A stretch of 61,604 nt of DNA, filler included, from an uncultured bacterium (GCA_964371695.1; 8 parts of 8 records of this genome joined end to end with filler, not necessarily neighbours in it), one strand, 5' to 3'; shown: positions 36,901 to 45,031, counted from the first letter of the whole stretch. The notes: a model not told the origin generated them from the sequence alone. A program made the numbers and translations.

Positions 36901-38343
36901 TTCACCAACGGCGCGCCTGCCGGCAAGTTCAGCCTCAATGCACCGGGCGCAACGGTCAACGCCCTGCAGGTAGACGTCGACGGCAGCGGCGCTGCCTTTT
37001 ACGCCAATCACAAGGGCTCTGGCAATCTCATCAAGCTGGAAAGAAACAACGTGGCCAAGCTGGTGGTGGACAACGACGGCGGCCTGTCCCTCAGCAATCA
37101 GGTCAACACCACCATTCCCATCCAGGTCGCCGCCGTCAACGGCCAGACAGCCGCTCTCGTCAAATTGGCGGTGAACGGTCTGGACAAGTTCAAGGTGCTC
37201 GCCAGTGGCGGTGTCACCATCACCCAGAGCGTGAACACCGAGCCGATGCTGAAGATGGACCGTAGTGTCCCAGGTGGCACACCAGTGCTGCTGATTCAGG
37301 ATGGCAGTATTGACCGCCTGCTTTATTCAGCTCCTGGGGAATTATTACTGAAGCCCGCTACTTCAACCATGGCTTACCGGGCCAACGCGCAGCCGGGATA
37401 CACCGGCAAGTACCTGGAATTTTCAAAAGGGGCGGGGAATCTGACCGAAATACTCGCCAGCGGCGCGCTCAGCATGAGCACCGACGTGAACGGCGACATT
37501 CCCATCAAGGTGATAGCCTCTGCGGGCCTCACCGCCAACATGCTCACGCTCAAAAAAGGTGCAAGCAACCTGCTGAACATTTCCAGCAACGGCCAGTTGA
37601 GCATCAGCACCGACAACGGCACGGCGGTGCCTCTGTCCATCGCCACGCCCGGCGGTTCCACGGCCAAGTTCATTGAAATCCGCAAAGGCCCTGGCGTCAT
37701 TCTGGAAGTTGGCCCCAGCGGTGCGCTGAGCCTCAGTACCGACGCCACCGGCGTTGTCCCGCTTTATGCCAACGCTCCGGCGGGCCAATCGGCCAACCTG
37801 CTGGAGTTGGGTGTGAACGGGGTGCAGAAACTGAAGGTGGACAACCTCGGCGGGCTTTCCAGCTCTGGCATTGTTTCGGCCAGTGCCTTTGTGGCAGATA
37901 TGGGTGGTATCAAGCTCAGGTCTGTCGGCCCTGGCAGCATGCCGCTGGATTTTTATGACAGCAACACCTGGACCTGCGCACTGGAAGGGACAACGGTGGC
38001 TGGCTCACCCACCTGGAGTTTCAGTCCGGCGTGCCGCTATGTGAGGGTGGGCTCCCTGGTGACCGTGACGGGACATTTGGACTGGACTTCGCACACCGGC
38101 ACCGGGAACCTGGTGATCAACGGCCTTCCCTTCGCCAGCAAGAACGTGACCGACCTTCGTGCCACCTGTTCTTTCCACTATCAAAACCTGACCGTTGGGG
38201 CTTCCCGGCAACTGGCGGGCCTGATCCTCCCCAATACCACACAAATTGTGCTCGAAGGCGTGGCGGATGCCGTTGCCGCTGCCGCAGTTGCGATGGACGG
38301 CAACGGAACAATTGTTTTCACCTGTAGCTACGAAGCGAACTAA
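30970..38343 (+). CDS. Giant phage-tail-fibre-like repeat protein (5' truncated, internal gap) with a receptor-binding-head-like C-terminus
   Basis: Eight KV.K.GD[TAN]MTG motifs preceded by TASAF.G.GS.LT; many P.GQTANL..L.VNG..F.V...G.LSIS repeats; C-terminal RYVRVGSLVTVTGHL...INGLPFASKN...IVFTCSYEAN. Confidence 0.75.
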   Translation, partial: LQLKKTGVDKFVVQNNGAVSMSAGLSVSGDITGNVIYGDGSQLTGVLPLAGGLLSGNTAGPQGVLDVDQSGGGPIVRFRQGAADKFVVSNNGGVSASGVVTASAFVGDGSALTSLPADPNKVNKAGDTMTGALTVSVNVNEAALLVNQNGLGNVVQFNVSGFPRLQMDSLGNLHLSNSLNVTSGNITAQSLLTTSYLSASATSGAWPSLFVNQNGPGDSARVIASSTGKALKVEVLNGGNSADLIYGNHDGSGNLMVLKQAAADKFVVSNNGGVSASGVVTASAFAGDGSALTNVAADPNKVNINGDTMTGTLTISANVGGLDSPLVVNNAGAGSLITLAQGGAGKFSVGNNGDIILMGDINRNLTGDALVVRNNDATTGGGLAVLLNGATSGALLGGNHMGTGLLMQLKKGSADRFVVENDGNLSLSAVSAAVPALRVDQMSTGPLMALKQSGADKFVVSNVGGVSVSAGLSASGDIQAAYFIGDGSQLVNVVDSGRVKKTGDTMTGQLSVSVNTAQPALVLRQDGGGNLLALENNAQPRMVVGGTGTLSISTDATGDVPIQVNQPAGQTGNLMELKVNGTPLFTVDSAGVPFAKRFAASGSAATPVFEANQTGGGQLVNLRNNSQDRFVVSNVGALSISTGGTGDIPLQVNQPVGQAANLLDLKVDGVTMMAVSAAGNQIISTSNAAAIPMTLDAPVGQSANLLRARVGGGLVFAVGPNGSIPTVADISSSGTITASAFVGSGVGLTGINDASKVSKTGDTMTGTLSVSVGAGHGLFVDQGGTLPGLRVEVSSGNGEAISAWMNSGGTSSVLNLDQYGNGPGIFLNNNGVGPQIRMNVNYAAVAAFDSRGQLSISTGVVGDVPIRVNQPAGQTANLMQLQLNGVDKLVVDNNGGISTPSTITASAFVGSGAGLTGVNDAGKVSKTGDTMTGTLTVSATVGQPLVALVQSGGGGGVSAEVQGSGAVGVYGKNIGGLNGIGVQGESNSGNGMGVYGLADGAGGVAVQAFVSGSAQAGVWSKVSPGSDGFAALLQNLNAGAITEVVKVSSAGGGQDLIKGDHAGTGALLRLQKSSADRLVVDNSGGVSSSGTITASAFVGSGAGLTGVNAVDPGKVAKGGDAMTGSLFISASATPLMIENTGAGDLLNVFQAGAKTLTVDNQGALSVSNTNTASIPFNVNAPAGQATNIIQAQVGGGTRFSVGNSGAVTVNSLASGTVPLNISAPAGQSADMAQWARGGVNRVVLNNAGALSISTDTTADTPILVNQPAGQTADLLSLQVNGADALRVRNTGQIDPAGLSSSGALSVSANVGAGASALIFGDNTGTGNLLRLQASGVTRFTVSNDGRISLNTNNTGTEPILVSAPPGQTANLMRLVANAADKFTVSPVGGVSASANISASGDVQAAYFIGDGSQLTNLPPGAADPNKVTRAGDNMTGQLSISASVGPGAPLDVNQTGAGKLLEVRKNGDTRFEVSNDGALSISMINGGATPLIVAGTAAPGAPLFQAKYGATTAFSVQPYGDVEMYPGNTGANAFTINAPAGMTQNIVRLQRNAQNVMLVNNDGAISVSAYTTGAVPFTINQPSGHVGDLMKLQINGTDLFAVDAAGSAWVNSGNTSAAPLTVNAPTGQTADLLRLRVNGVNAMLVDSMGGVSSSATVTASKFVGSGTGLTGVMTLSGGQVVAETYGPGSPGTVMDQNGTGPVLVIRNAGSDALTVTNLGGVSISTALSVSGQLSAGSYYGDGKTLGGVMTLSGGQVVAETYGPGXXXXXXXXXXXXXXXXXXXXXXXXXXXXXXXXXXDALTVTNLGGVSISTALSVSGQLSAANFFGDGSGLTNINATDNTKVAKIGDNMTGQLSVSASTPSEAPLMVNNMNTGDLLRIMRNNINAVVVTNGGTLSISNPLTGAESLRVDAPTGQTGNLLRLRMGGVDKFIVDNNGNVPTMGTLSTSGAISASSNIGNGVYAEVSGGPGAAVQGVSFTNGAPAGKFSLNAPGATVNALQVDVDGSGAAFYANHKGSGNLIKLERNNVAKLVVDNDGGLSLSNQVNTTIPIQVAAVNGQTAALVKLAVNGLDKFKVLASGGVTITQSVNTEPMLKMDRSVPGGTPVLLIQDGSIDRLLYSAPGELLLKPATSTMAYRANAQPGYTGKYLEFSKGAGNLTEILASGALSMSTDVNGDIPIKVIASAGLTANMLTLKKGASNLLNISSNGQLSISTDNGTAVPLSIATPGGSTAKFIEIRKGPGVILEVGPSGALSLSTDATGVVPLYANAPAGQSANLLELGVNGVQKLKVDNLGGLSSSGIVSASAFVADMGGIKLRSVGPGSMPLDFYDSNTWTCALEGTTVAGSPTWSFSPACRYVRVGSLVTVTGHLDWTSHTGTGNLVINGLPFASKNVTDLRATCSFHYQNLTVGASRQLAGLILPNTTQIVLEGVADAVAAAAVAMDGNGTIVFTCSYEAN
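35983..36438 (+). repeat. 228-nt intragenic tandem repeat collapsed at a 100-N gap (36262-36361)
   Basis: 35983-36033 is identical to 36211-36261; the sequence from 36098 is repeated from 36362. Confidence 0.85.
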
Positions 38344-38420
38344 GAGCCTGTCTAGAGCGTTTTCGGAATCGGTGGAGCTTTTTGCTGAGTTTTTCAGATC
38401 AAAACCCTGGCGACCCCGGC

Positions 38421-38545
38421 GTCATTCCCGCGAAAGCGGGAATCCAGTAGAAATATAGACAACAAACCTCTTTTTTGAGTGGGGCAGGCGTCCCGCCCAT
38501 AACGGCTAACTTTTCCAGAGTAGCGGCGGTGTCGCTATCGCCTTT
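38421..38545. repeat. REP-like cluster at contig end
   Basis: GTCATTCCCGCGAAAGCGGGAATCCAG (38421-38447), GTGGGGCAGGCGTCCCGCCC, GAGTAGCGGCGGTGTC. Confidence 0.75.
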
Positions 38546-38566
38546 GCTCGGCCAGATGCCCCAATG

Positions 38567-38666
38567 NNNNNNNNNNNNNNNNNNNNNNNNNNNNNNNNNN
38601 NNNNNNNNNNTTAATTAATTAANNNNNNNNNNNNNNNNNNNNNNNNNNNNNNNNNNNNNNNNNNNN
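38567..38666. other. Artificial contig linker
   Basis: N44-TTAATTAATTAA-N44. Confidence 0.98.
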
Positions 38667-38681
38667 TTTTTGTTTTAACCA

Positions 38682-38720
38682 CAGGGTTTTTTACGGCGGT
38701 GGGGACACCGCCGCTACTCC
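38682..38720 (-). repeat. GAGTAGCGGCG-family REP-like element
   Basis: Reverse complement GGAGTAGCGGCGGTGTCCCCACCGCCGTAAAAAACCCTG; matches copies at 46599 and 53833. Confidence 0.75.
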
Positions 38721-38834
38721 AAGAGGGGGCGATATTTCCAGATTTCGCACACACCCTAAACATCCACTCCAAGCGAGACGAAAAACGCCACATAGCCTCA
38801 CACCAGTTTTCCAATCCCACACAAAGGACCAACC

Positions 38835-39599
38835 ATGAAGGGCGTCATTCTCGCCGGAGGCAAAGGTACCCGCCTGCATCCGCTCACCAAAATCACCAAC
38901 AAACACCTGCTGCCGGTTTATGACAAACCCATGGTGTATTACCCCATCGAGACGCTGCAACTGGCGGGTATAGATGACCTGCTGATTGTCACGGGCGGCA
39001 ACAACGCGGGGGACTTTCTGAAGCTCATCGGCAACGGCAAAGACTTTGGCCTGAAAAACGTGAGCTACGCCTATCAGCAGGGCGAGGGCGGCATTGCCGA
39101 CGCGCTGAAACTGGCCGAGCACCACGCAGACGGCGGCCCCGTGGCGGTGATGCTGGGGGACAACCTCATCCAGGGCAACGTCATCGAGGCGGTGCGGGCG
39201 TTTCGCAAAAATCCTGTGGGGGCGCACATTCTGCTCAAGCGTGTGCCCGACCCCCACCGCTTTGGCGTGCCCCGGTTCGACACCAAGGGCCGCATTGTGG
39301 AAATCATCGAGAAACCCAAAAACCCGCCGTCTTCCATGGCGGTGATTGGGGTGTATCTGTATGACCACACGGTGTTCAGGGTGGCCAAAACCCTGAAACC
39401 TTCGTCGCGGGGCGAACTGGAAATCACCGACGTGAACAACCACTACCTGCGCAAAAAACAGATGCAGGCCACGGAAATTCAGGGCTGGTGGACCGATGCT
39501 GGCACCTTCGACAGCCTGCTGCGCGCCAGCAATCTGGTGGCCCGCACCGGCGCGAACCTCAAAAAAATCCCGCCCCATCAGTTGAACGAAGAGCCGTGA
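38835..39599 (+). CDS. Glucose-1-phosphate thymidylyltransferase-like sugar nucleotidyltransferase (RfbA/SpsI type)
   Basis: MKGVILAGGKGTRLHPLT, KHLLPVYDKPMVYYP, LGDN, EKP, RGELEITDVN, WTDAGT. Confidence 0.92.
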   Translation: MKGVILAGGKGTRLHPLTKITNKHLLPVYDKPMVYYPIETLQLAGIDDLLIVTGGNNAGDFLKLIGNGKDFGLKNVSYAYQQGEGGIADALKLAEHHADGGPVAVMLGDNLIQGNVIEAVRAFRKNPVGAHILLKRVPDPHRFGVPRFDTKGRIVEIIEKPKNPPSSMAVIGVYLYDHTVFRVAKTLKPSSRGELEITDVNNHYLRKKQMQATEIQGWWTDAGTFDSLLRASNLVARTGANLKKIPPHQLNEEP

Positions 39600-39605
39600 G
39601 GGCGG

Positions 39606-39640
39606 GAAGCAGGAAGTCGGAGATTGGAAGTCAGTAGTCG
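39606..39640. repeat. 7-nt tandem array (GAAGTTG-like, reverse complement of CAACTTC)
   Basis: GAAGCAG GAAGTCG GAGATTG GAAGTCA GTAGTCG just after the stop codon. Confidence 0.6.
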
Positions 39641-39669
39641 GGAAGATAAAAAGACTCAGCGCCCCCGCC

Positions 39670-39948
39670 GTCATTCCCGCGAAAGCGGGAATCCAGTTGA
39701 AACAAAAAACAACACACCTTTTTCTGAATTCTTTTTCTGTGCTCTTTCAGTGGGGCGGGCGTCCCCGCCCGCCATTTAAAGAAAAAGGATTTTTGTCCTT
39801 TTTGTTCAGGCGGGCGGGGACNNNNNNNNNNTTTTTTTTTGGGCGGGGGGGCGGCCCCCCCCCCCCCCCCCCACTGTCGCCTGCCCCACCACCAAAAGAA
39901 AAAAGGGGTGCTTTTGTCGGACTGGACTGCCGCTTTTGCGGGAATGAC
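39670..39948. repeat. Composite inverted REP element (GTCATTCCCGC...GGAATCCAG pair enclosing GTGGGGCGGGCG palindromes); contains a low-quality gap
   Basis: Forward copy at 39670-39696, reverse copy at 39922-39948; N10 gap and homopolymer runs at 39822-39872. Confidence 0.75.
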
Positions 39949-40004
39949 GCCTGATTATCAGCGGTTTGACGGGGTATTCGCCAACACCCTGCTAATCTTG
40001 GGCC

Positions 40005-41114
40005 ATGAATGAACCACGGCGCATAGTGGTGGCGCTTTCGGGCGGTGTGGACAGCTCGGTGGCGGCGGCGCTGCTCAGGCAGCAGGGTCACACGCTGCTG
40101 GGCCTCACGCTCAAGCTGGCCCCGGACGGCGCAAGCGGCCAGTGTTGCGGGCTGGATGGCGTGGCCCGCGCCCGTCAGGTGTGCGCCAGGCTGGACATTC
40201 CCTTTTCGGTGGTGGACGCCTCGGACCTGTTCCGCAAAACGGTCATTGACCCTTTTGTGCAGGACTACGCCCACGGCTTCACCCCCAACCCCTGCGTGAG
40301 CTGCAACCGCCACGTCAAGTTTGACTACCTGTTTGAACTGGCCCGGTCTTTTGGCTTCACCGACGTGGCCACGGGCCACTACGCCCGCATCACCCCCCAG
40401 GCCGAGCTGCGGCGGGGCCGCGACACCCACAAAGACCAGAGCTACGCCCTTTATATGCTGCGGCACGCACAACTGGCCCGCCTGCATTTCCCCCTGGGAG
40501 ACCTGCAAAAATCGGAAACCCGCGCCCTGGCGGCCAGTCTGGGCTTGGCCACACAAAATACACCCGAAAGCCAGGACATCTGTTTTGTGGGCCACAGCCA
40601 CATTGATTATCTGGAAAAAGAACAACCGGGCATTGGCCGGGTCGGCGAACTGGTGGATGAACAGGGTCGCGTGCTGGGGCAGCATCAGGGCCTGCACCGC
40701 TACACCGTGGGCCAGCGCCATGGCCTGGGCATTGGCGGGGGCCATGGTCAGGAAGGCGCGTGGTATGTGCTGCATCTCGACCCGGCCCACAACCGCGTGG
40801 TGGTGGGGCCGCAGGAGCATCTGGGTTCCACCGCCCTGCTGGTGCGGCACGTGAGCACCACGCTGCCGGGCAACGACCCGGCTGATCTGCCCGACCGCCT
40901 GCGGGTGCAGGTGCGTTATGGCCGCGCCAGCACACCGGCCACCTGGGCTGCTGCGGAGGAGCCCGGCAGCCTGTGGGTTCACACGTCCGCGCCTGTGGTG
41001 GCCGCCCCCGGTCAGGCCATGGTGCTTTATGACGAAGACGACGACCGCGTGCTGGGCGGCGGCACGCTGGTGAAGGCCGAAACGGCAAACAGCCTTGTTT
41101 CAGTCGGAAACTGA
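40005..41114 (+). CDS. mnmA: tRNA 2-thiouridine(34) synthase
   Basis: VALSGGVDSSV, QCCG, TPNPCVSCNRHVKF, ATGHYA, KDQSYAL, ESQDICF, HRYTVGQR, APGQAMVLY. Confidence 0.95.
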   Translation: MNEPRRIVVALSGGVDSSVAAALLRQQGHTLLGLTLKLAPDGASGQCCGLDGVARARQVCARLDIPFSVVDASDLFRKTVIDPFVQDYAHGFTPNPCVSCNRHVKFDYLFELARSFGFTDVATGHYARITPQAELRRGRDTHKDQSYALYMLRHAQLARLHFPLGDLQKSETRALAASLGLATQNTPESQDICFVGHSHIDYLEKEQPGIGRVGELVDEQGRVLGQHQGLHRYTVGQRHGLGIGGGHGQEGAWYVLHLDPAHNRVVVGPQEHLGSTALLVRHVSTTLPGNDPADLPDRLRVQVRYGRASTPATWAAAEEPGSLWVHTSAPVVAAPGQAMVLYDEDDDRVLGGGTLVKAETANSLVSVGN

Positions 41115-41115
41115 C

Positions 41116-41637
41116 TCATTCCGGCAATCGGTCTCTCCAGTCACTTTTGCAAAGGGTTTTCAAAGAGGGTGGAGCGTCTTTGGGCAAAGAATTGGCCTGA
41201 CAGTGTTCAGCCAATTTTTTGGCAGCGTCTTTAATTTTGTCTTTGATTTTTCGATCTTCAGGACATTTGATTGATTCGTCTACAGTTTGGCCAGACAAGA
41301 ATAAAACCCATGTTTCTATTTCCCATTTTGGAATTACGATCAACACCTTATCGCTTGAAGTTATTGGTTCGTTCCCAAGCGTGGCAAGCAGGACTTTTCT
41401 GTCTTGGTCAATCGTGTGATTGTCGGCATCAAGAATCGCGACAAGGGCCCTGCTCCTGAGACCCTTTTTCCTGAGTTCCTTGACGTTTTTGGGGAAGTTC
41501 CGAATGACATGATCCTTGCCGCATTTCGTTGGAAATGGAATTTGATAAATGCCACGCGCATAACCCATCTTTTTGAGAAACGTGTTCACAAAAGAGAAAT
41601 GGGCCCTGTCTTCACAAAGAATGTCAATGCGTTTCAT
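41116..41637 (-). CDS. TOPRIM-like protein (DUF4276/RloB-like partner of ABC ATPase)
   Basis: N-terminal ILCED, central AILDAD (DxD), KWEIETW; AT-rich; starts 3 nt after the ATPase stop. Confidence 0.6.
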   Translation of the reverse strand: MKRIDILCEDRAHFSFVNTFLKKMGYARGIYQIPFPTKCGKDHVIRNFPKNVKELRKKGLRSRALVAILDADNHTIDQDRKVLLATLGNEPITSSDKVLIVIPKWEIETWVLFLSGQTVDESIKCPEDRKIKDKIKDAAKKLAEHCQANSLPKDAPPSLKTLCKSDWRDRLPE

Positions 41638-41640
41638 GGC

Positions 41641-42744
41641 TCAAACCAGATCTCTCGCCACCAATTCGCTTGGTGTTAATTCAGAATCATGAAACACATT
41701 TTTTCTGAACCGGGTGGGCCCTTCCGCCTCCCGCTCAAACCAAACCATATCTCTGACACCCAGATAGTCAAGAGCCTCTGGATGGTGTGAGATGAACGTC
41801 GCCTGACTTAAAAAACCGTCTTCCACAAATTCTTCAACCAGGGAAAACCACGGCTGGATTTCTTTTGCGGAGAGAAAGTTGTCTGGTTCATCCAGGAAGA
41901 TTGAATAACCAAGCCCCTTCAGCCCTGCGAGTATCACATAGAGTACAGAAAGAACTTTTTGCCCTTCGGATAAATCATGAAACCAGTATGGCTCTTCAGT
42001 CCCCTTGAACTTTGCCTTGAGCACACTTTGGGTTTCACCTGTCTGGACAACGTTAAAGCCTTCAAACCCAGGAATTGCCTCTTCAAGATACGGCATGACT
42101 TTATAAAATGTAGCGGCATGTTGATGGCTTAAGAAACTGTACCAGGAAACAAAATTAGAAAAATCTGCTGATGGATGACTCGATTTTTTTTCAGAGAAAA
42201 AACTCATGTTCCATGGATTGATGAATCCAATCAGCCACTTGGCAATTTCTGTCTTGAAGTGGGTCAGTTTTTTGTTTGACTCGCCAGGAACAATAAATCC
42301 GAGCCCAGAATTCCTCCAGTTAAACGGGAAACTTGGCCCCTTCTGTCCGCTGTCTTTATATAAGTGCCCTTCTCCTTTTTCATCTAATTCAAACAGTGGT
42401 TTGCCATCTACGGAAAGCTTTTCTGTAACGACGCGAGACTCTTTCGGCTGATCAGGATTGCATATTGTCAAACTATAGAGATAGTTGCTTCCGTCACTAC
42501 ATTCTGTTTCTAGCTCAAATCGCTGAAAATCGCTTTTTTTCCAGCGCGTTCGCGTAAATGGGGAAAAAAGGGCTTTGACTGAATTGTCCTGCAGCCAAAC
42601 AAATGCTTGTAGTTTTGCCAAGACATCAAAGACAGCCGTTTTTCCAGACCCGTTTGCTCCGCTGAACAACGAAAGCGAATCAAAATGCATCTCGAAGTTT
42701 TCCAGGCAACGGTAGTTATCTACATACAGTCTCTTGAGGCGCAT
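41641..42744 (-). CDS. ABC-type (AAA_21-like) ATPase
   Basis: LKRLYVDNYRCL, Walker A GANGSGKT, signature LSEGQ, Walker B/D-loop IFLDEPDNFL, H-loop FISHHP; no TM helices. Confidence 0.9.
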   Translation of the reverse strand: MRLKRLYVDNYRCLENFEMHFDSLSLFSGANGSGKTAVFDVLAKLQAFVWLQDNSVKALFSPFTRTRWKKSDFQRFELETECSDGSNYLYSLTICNPDQPKESRVVTEKLSVDGKPLFELDEKGEGHLYKDSGQKGPSFPFNWRNSGLGFIVPGESNKKLTHFKTEIAKWLIGFINPWNMSFFSEKKSSHPSADFSNFVSWYSFLSHQHAATFYKVMPYLEEAIPGFEGFNVVQTGETQSVLKAKFKGTEEPYWFHDLSEGQKVLSVLYVILAGLKGLGYSIFLDEPDNFLSAKEIQPWFSLVEEFVEDGFLSQATFISHHPEALDYLGVRDMVWFEREAEGPTRFRKNVFHDSELTPSELVARDLV

Positions 42745-42882
42745 GACTTTATGCAGAAATCATAAGGCATTTTCAGCAAAAGCGCAGCTTACTGCCATTG
42801 CCCAACCGTTTCGGGTCAAAAAAGCCGCCACCACCTGATCGCCGTGTCCCCTGCTCTGGGCAATACCTATACTGTGTCGGTC

Positions 42883-44007
42883 ATGTCTGTGTTGCGAGGG
42901 GGAGGACTTGGCCTGCTGGCCGGGCTGCTGTTTTTGCTGGCCACCCAGGGCGCGGCCGTGGGCCGGATGGAGCCGGGGCTGGACGCCTCGCTGCGCCCCG
43001 TGCGCACCACGCCCCGGCGCACGCTCAACCCCTCCGGCGCGGTGCAGGTGATGGCCACCCTCACCCGCTGCGGCGAAGAAAACAGCCTGTGCGCCGCCGT
43101 GAGCCGGTGTTTTGAGGGCATCCATCGGGTGCCCTGCGGCTGTGACCAGCGCAGTCTCTCGCCCGACAAACTCACGGAACTCATGGCCCGTTTATCGCCC
43201 CAGGGTGTGGATGGCGAAGCGCCGCCGCCTCCAGAGCGCCCGCTGTTGCTGCGGGCCAGCGCAGCGGTGGCGGTGCGGGAACTTTTTGCGGCCTGTCCGC
43301 TGCGCCGCCAGCAGGAGCTGAGTCTGCTGCTGGATGGCCGCCTGGCGGGCGTGGCCACGGTGGAAGAACCCATGCCCCACCTGTTGCCCGGCTCGGACAG
43401 GGCGGCGGGCGTGGGACTGTTGCACCGCCTGAGCCTGCGTCTGCACCCTGAAAAATCAGACGCGGTGCGGGCGCTGCTGGCAGAGGGCCGGTTTGACCGC
43501 CTGCGTCTGGACAACGTCTCCACCGGCGTCGGCCCCCTGATGGTGGATCAGACCGAAGAGGAACTGCGCACGCTGGAGGACGAAGTGCTGCGGGCGCTCG
43601 CCAAAACCGATCCTTCACCCCTGCTGCAAAACGTGCCGCTGGAAGACCAGCGTCGGGTGTGCCAGTTTCTGCCGGTGCGTGAGTCGCTCAAGAGCAGCGC
43701 CTGGACACTGTGGGTGCGCGTGGCCCACGGCACGGATTGCGTGTTGCCCCGGCAGGGACTGTTCGCCGCCCTGCGCCGCAAGGGCAGGGGGCTGAAACTG
43801 CTTTCCACACTGCCCGCCGGTGTGGACGAGGACTTTGGCCTTTATCCTTTTGCCGAAGTGGTGGACCTGATGGGCGACGGCAGGCCCGACGTGGTGCTTG
43901 GCCCCCCCAGCCCCCACGCGCCGGTGAGCCAGGGCCAGGGTGTGCTGGTGAACACGGGCCGCTGGCGCTGGAAGTTTGTGCTCTGGGAGCCTGAGTCGGA
44001 CAGGTGA
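42883..44007 (+). CDS. Exported hypothetical protein
   Basis: N-terminal hydrophobic signal, Cys cluster, and a single DLMGDGRPDVV (FG-GAP/Ca-loop-like) motif near the C-terminus. Confidence 0.65.
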   Translation: MSVLRGGGLGLLAGLLFLLATQGAAVGRMEPGLDASLRPVRTTPRRTLNPSGAVQVMATLTRCGEENSLCAAVSRCFEGIHRVPCGCDQRSLSPDKLTELMARLSPQGVDGEAPPPPERPLLLRASAAVAVRELFAACPLRRQQELSLLLDGRLAGVATVEEPMPHLLPGSDRAAGVGLLHRLSLRLHPEKSDAVRALLAEGRFDRLRLDNVSTGVGPLMVDQTEEELRTLEDEVLRALAKTDPSPLLQNVPLEDQRRVCQFLPVRESLKSSAWTLWVRVAHGTDCVLPRQGLFAALRRKGRGLKLLSTLPAGVDEDFGLYPFAEVVDLMGDGRPDVVLGPPSPHAPVSQGQGVLVNTGRWRWKFVLWEPESDR

Positions 44008-44008
44008 A

Positions 44009-45031
44009 TCAAATCATCCCCCGCTCGTGATACCACGCGTGCGCGTCCTCCAGCGAGTCGCGCCAGGGGCGGGTGGTGTAGCCCAGCTCCCGCACCGCCT
44101 TATCGTTTCTGATGCGGAACTTGAGGCTCCCCTGCTGGGCCATTTCGGTGGTGAAGAGCGGTTCCTCGCCGGTCAGATCGCCCACGGCGTCCATCAGTCG
44201 CCCCAGGCCCAGCAGCACGCCGGTGGGCAGGGTGAAAAATGGCTTCATGCCGCCGGTGAGTTCGGCGCAGGCGGCGTAAAACTCCCGTGCGGGCACGGCG
44301 TGGGCGGTGAGGATGTAATGCTCACCCACCCCGCCTTTTTGCGCCGCCAGAATGTGGCCCTGCGCCACGTCGCGCACGTCGCACAGGTTGGTCCAGGAAT
44401 CCGGCGCGAGCACCATGCGGTTTTTCTTGGCTTCCATCAGATACCGTCCGATGTTCACGTTCACGTCGCCCGGCCCCACAATCATGCTGGGGTGGATGAT
44501 GACGGCGGCCAGGCCCTGGGCCAGTCCCGCTTTCACCTCCAACTCGGCCAGCCACTTGGTGTGGGGATAGGTCATGGAAAATTCTTCGAGGTTGTAGGTG
44601 GTGTCTTCGTCCACCTCCACCACGTCGTCGTCGCTGCTGCCAAGGGGTTTGCCGATGGTGCTCACCGTGCTGGTATGCACAAACCGCTTCACGCCGCTTT
44701 TCAGCGCCGCCTGCACCATGGCGCGGGTGCCCAGCACGTTCACGCGGTGGCTCATGGCCCAGCGGTTTTTCCACATGTTCACGCTGGCGGCCACGTGAAA
44801 AACCCAGTCTGCGCCCACCATGCCTTTGGCCAAAGCGGCTTCGTCTTCCAGCCCTCCTTCTATCACCGTCACGTCCACGCCTTCCAGCGCGTCCATTTTT
44901 GCGCCGGGGCGCGCCAGCACCCGCACGTCCACACCCGCCTCGGCCAGTTGACGCGCCACGTGCGAACCCAGAAAACCCGTCGCACCCGTGACAAAAGCGG
45001 CTTCAGGAAAAACCTGATTTTTGGCAGACAT
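44009..45031 (-). CDS. NAD-dependent epimerase/dehydratase (extended SDR, dihydroflavonol-reductase/HpnA-like)
   Basis: AGGAGG RBS; FVTGATGFLGS, VFHVAA, NVLGT, VHTST, YPHTK, DVRDVAQGH. Confidence 0.9.
   Translation of the reverse strand: MSAKNQVFPEAAFVTGATGFLGSHVARQLAEAGVDVRVLARPGAKMDALEGVDVTVIEGGLEDEAALAKGMVGADWVFHVAASVNMWKNRWAMSHRVNVLGTRAMVQAALKSGVKRFVHTSTVSTIGKPLGSSDDDVVEVDEDTTYNLEEFSMTYPHTKWLAELEVKAGLAQGLAAVIIHPSMIVGPGDVNVNIGRYLMEAKKNRMVLAPDSWTNLCDVRDVAQGHILAAQKGGVGEHYILTAHAVPAREFYAACAELTGGMKPFFTLPTGVLLGLGRLMDAVGDLTGEEPLFTTEMAQQGSLKFRIRNDKAVRELGYTTRPWRDSLEDAHAWYHERGMI

Noticed and set aside
30968-38566. Prophage call for the fibre contig
   Set aside because: No capsid, terminase, integrase, chaperone or lysis genes in view; host-like codons and REP elements follow the gene. 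Upstream context is missing, so a prophage is not fully excluded.
39822-39872. Poly-T/G/C runs suggesting a G-quadruplex or phase-variable tract
   Set aside because: Adjacent to an N gap inside an inverted repeat; looks like low-quality read tail degrading the GTGGGGCGGGCGTCCCCGCCC element.
38421-39948. GTCATTCCCGCGAAAGCGGGAATCCAG as a CRISPR repeat
   Set aside because: Copies are isolated or in inverted pairs, never in a regularly spaced direct array; no cas genes seen.
44009-45031. Assigning hpnA / a hopanoid cluster
   Set aside because: Only generic extended-SDR motifs; no squalene-hopene cyclase or other hpn genes on the contig.
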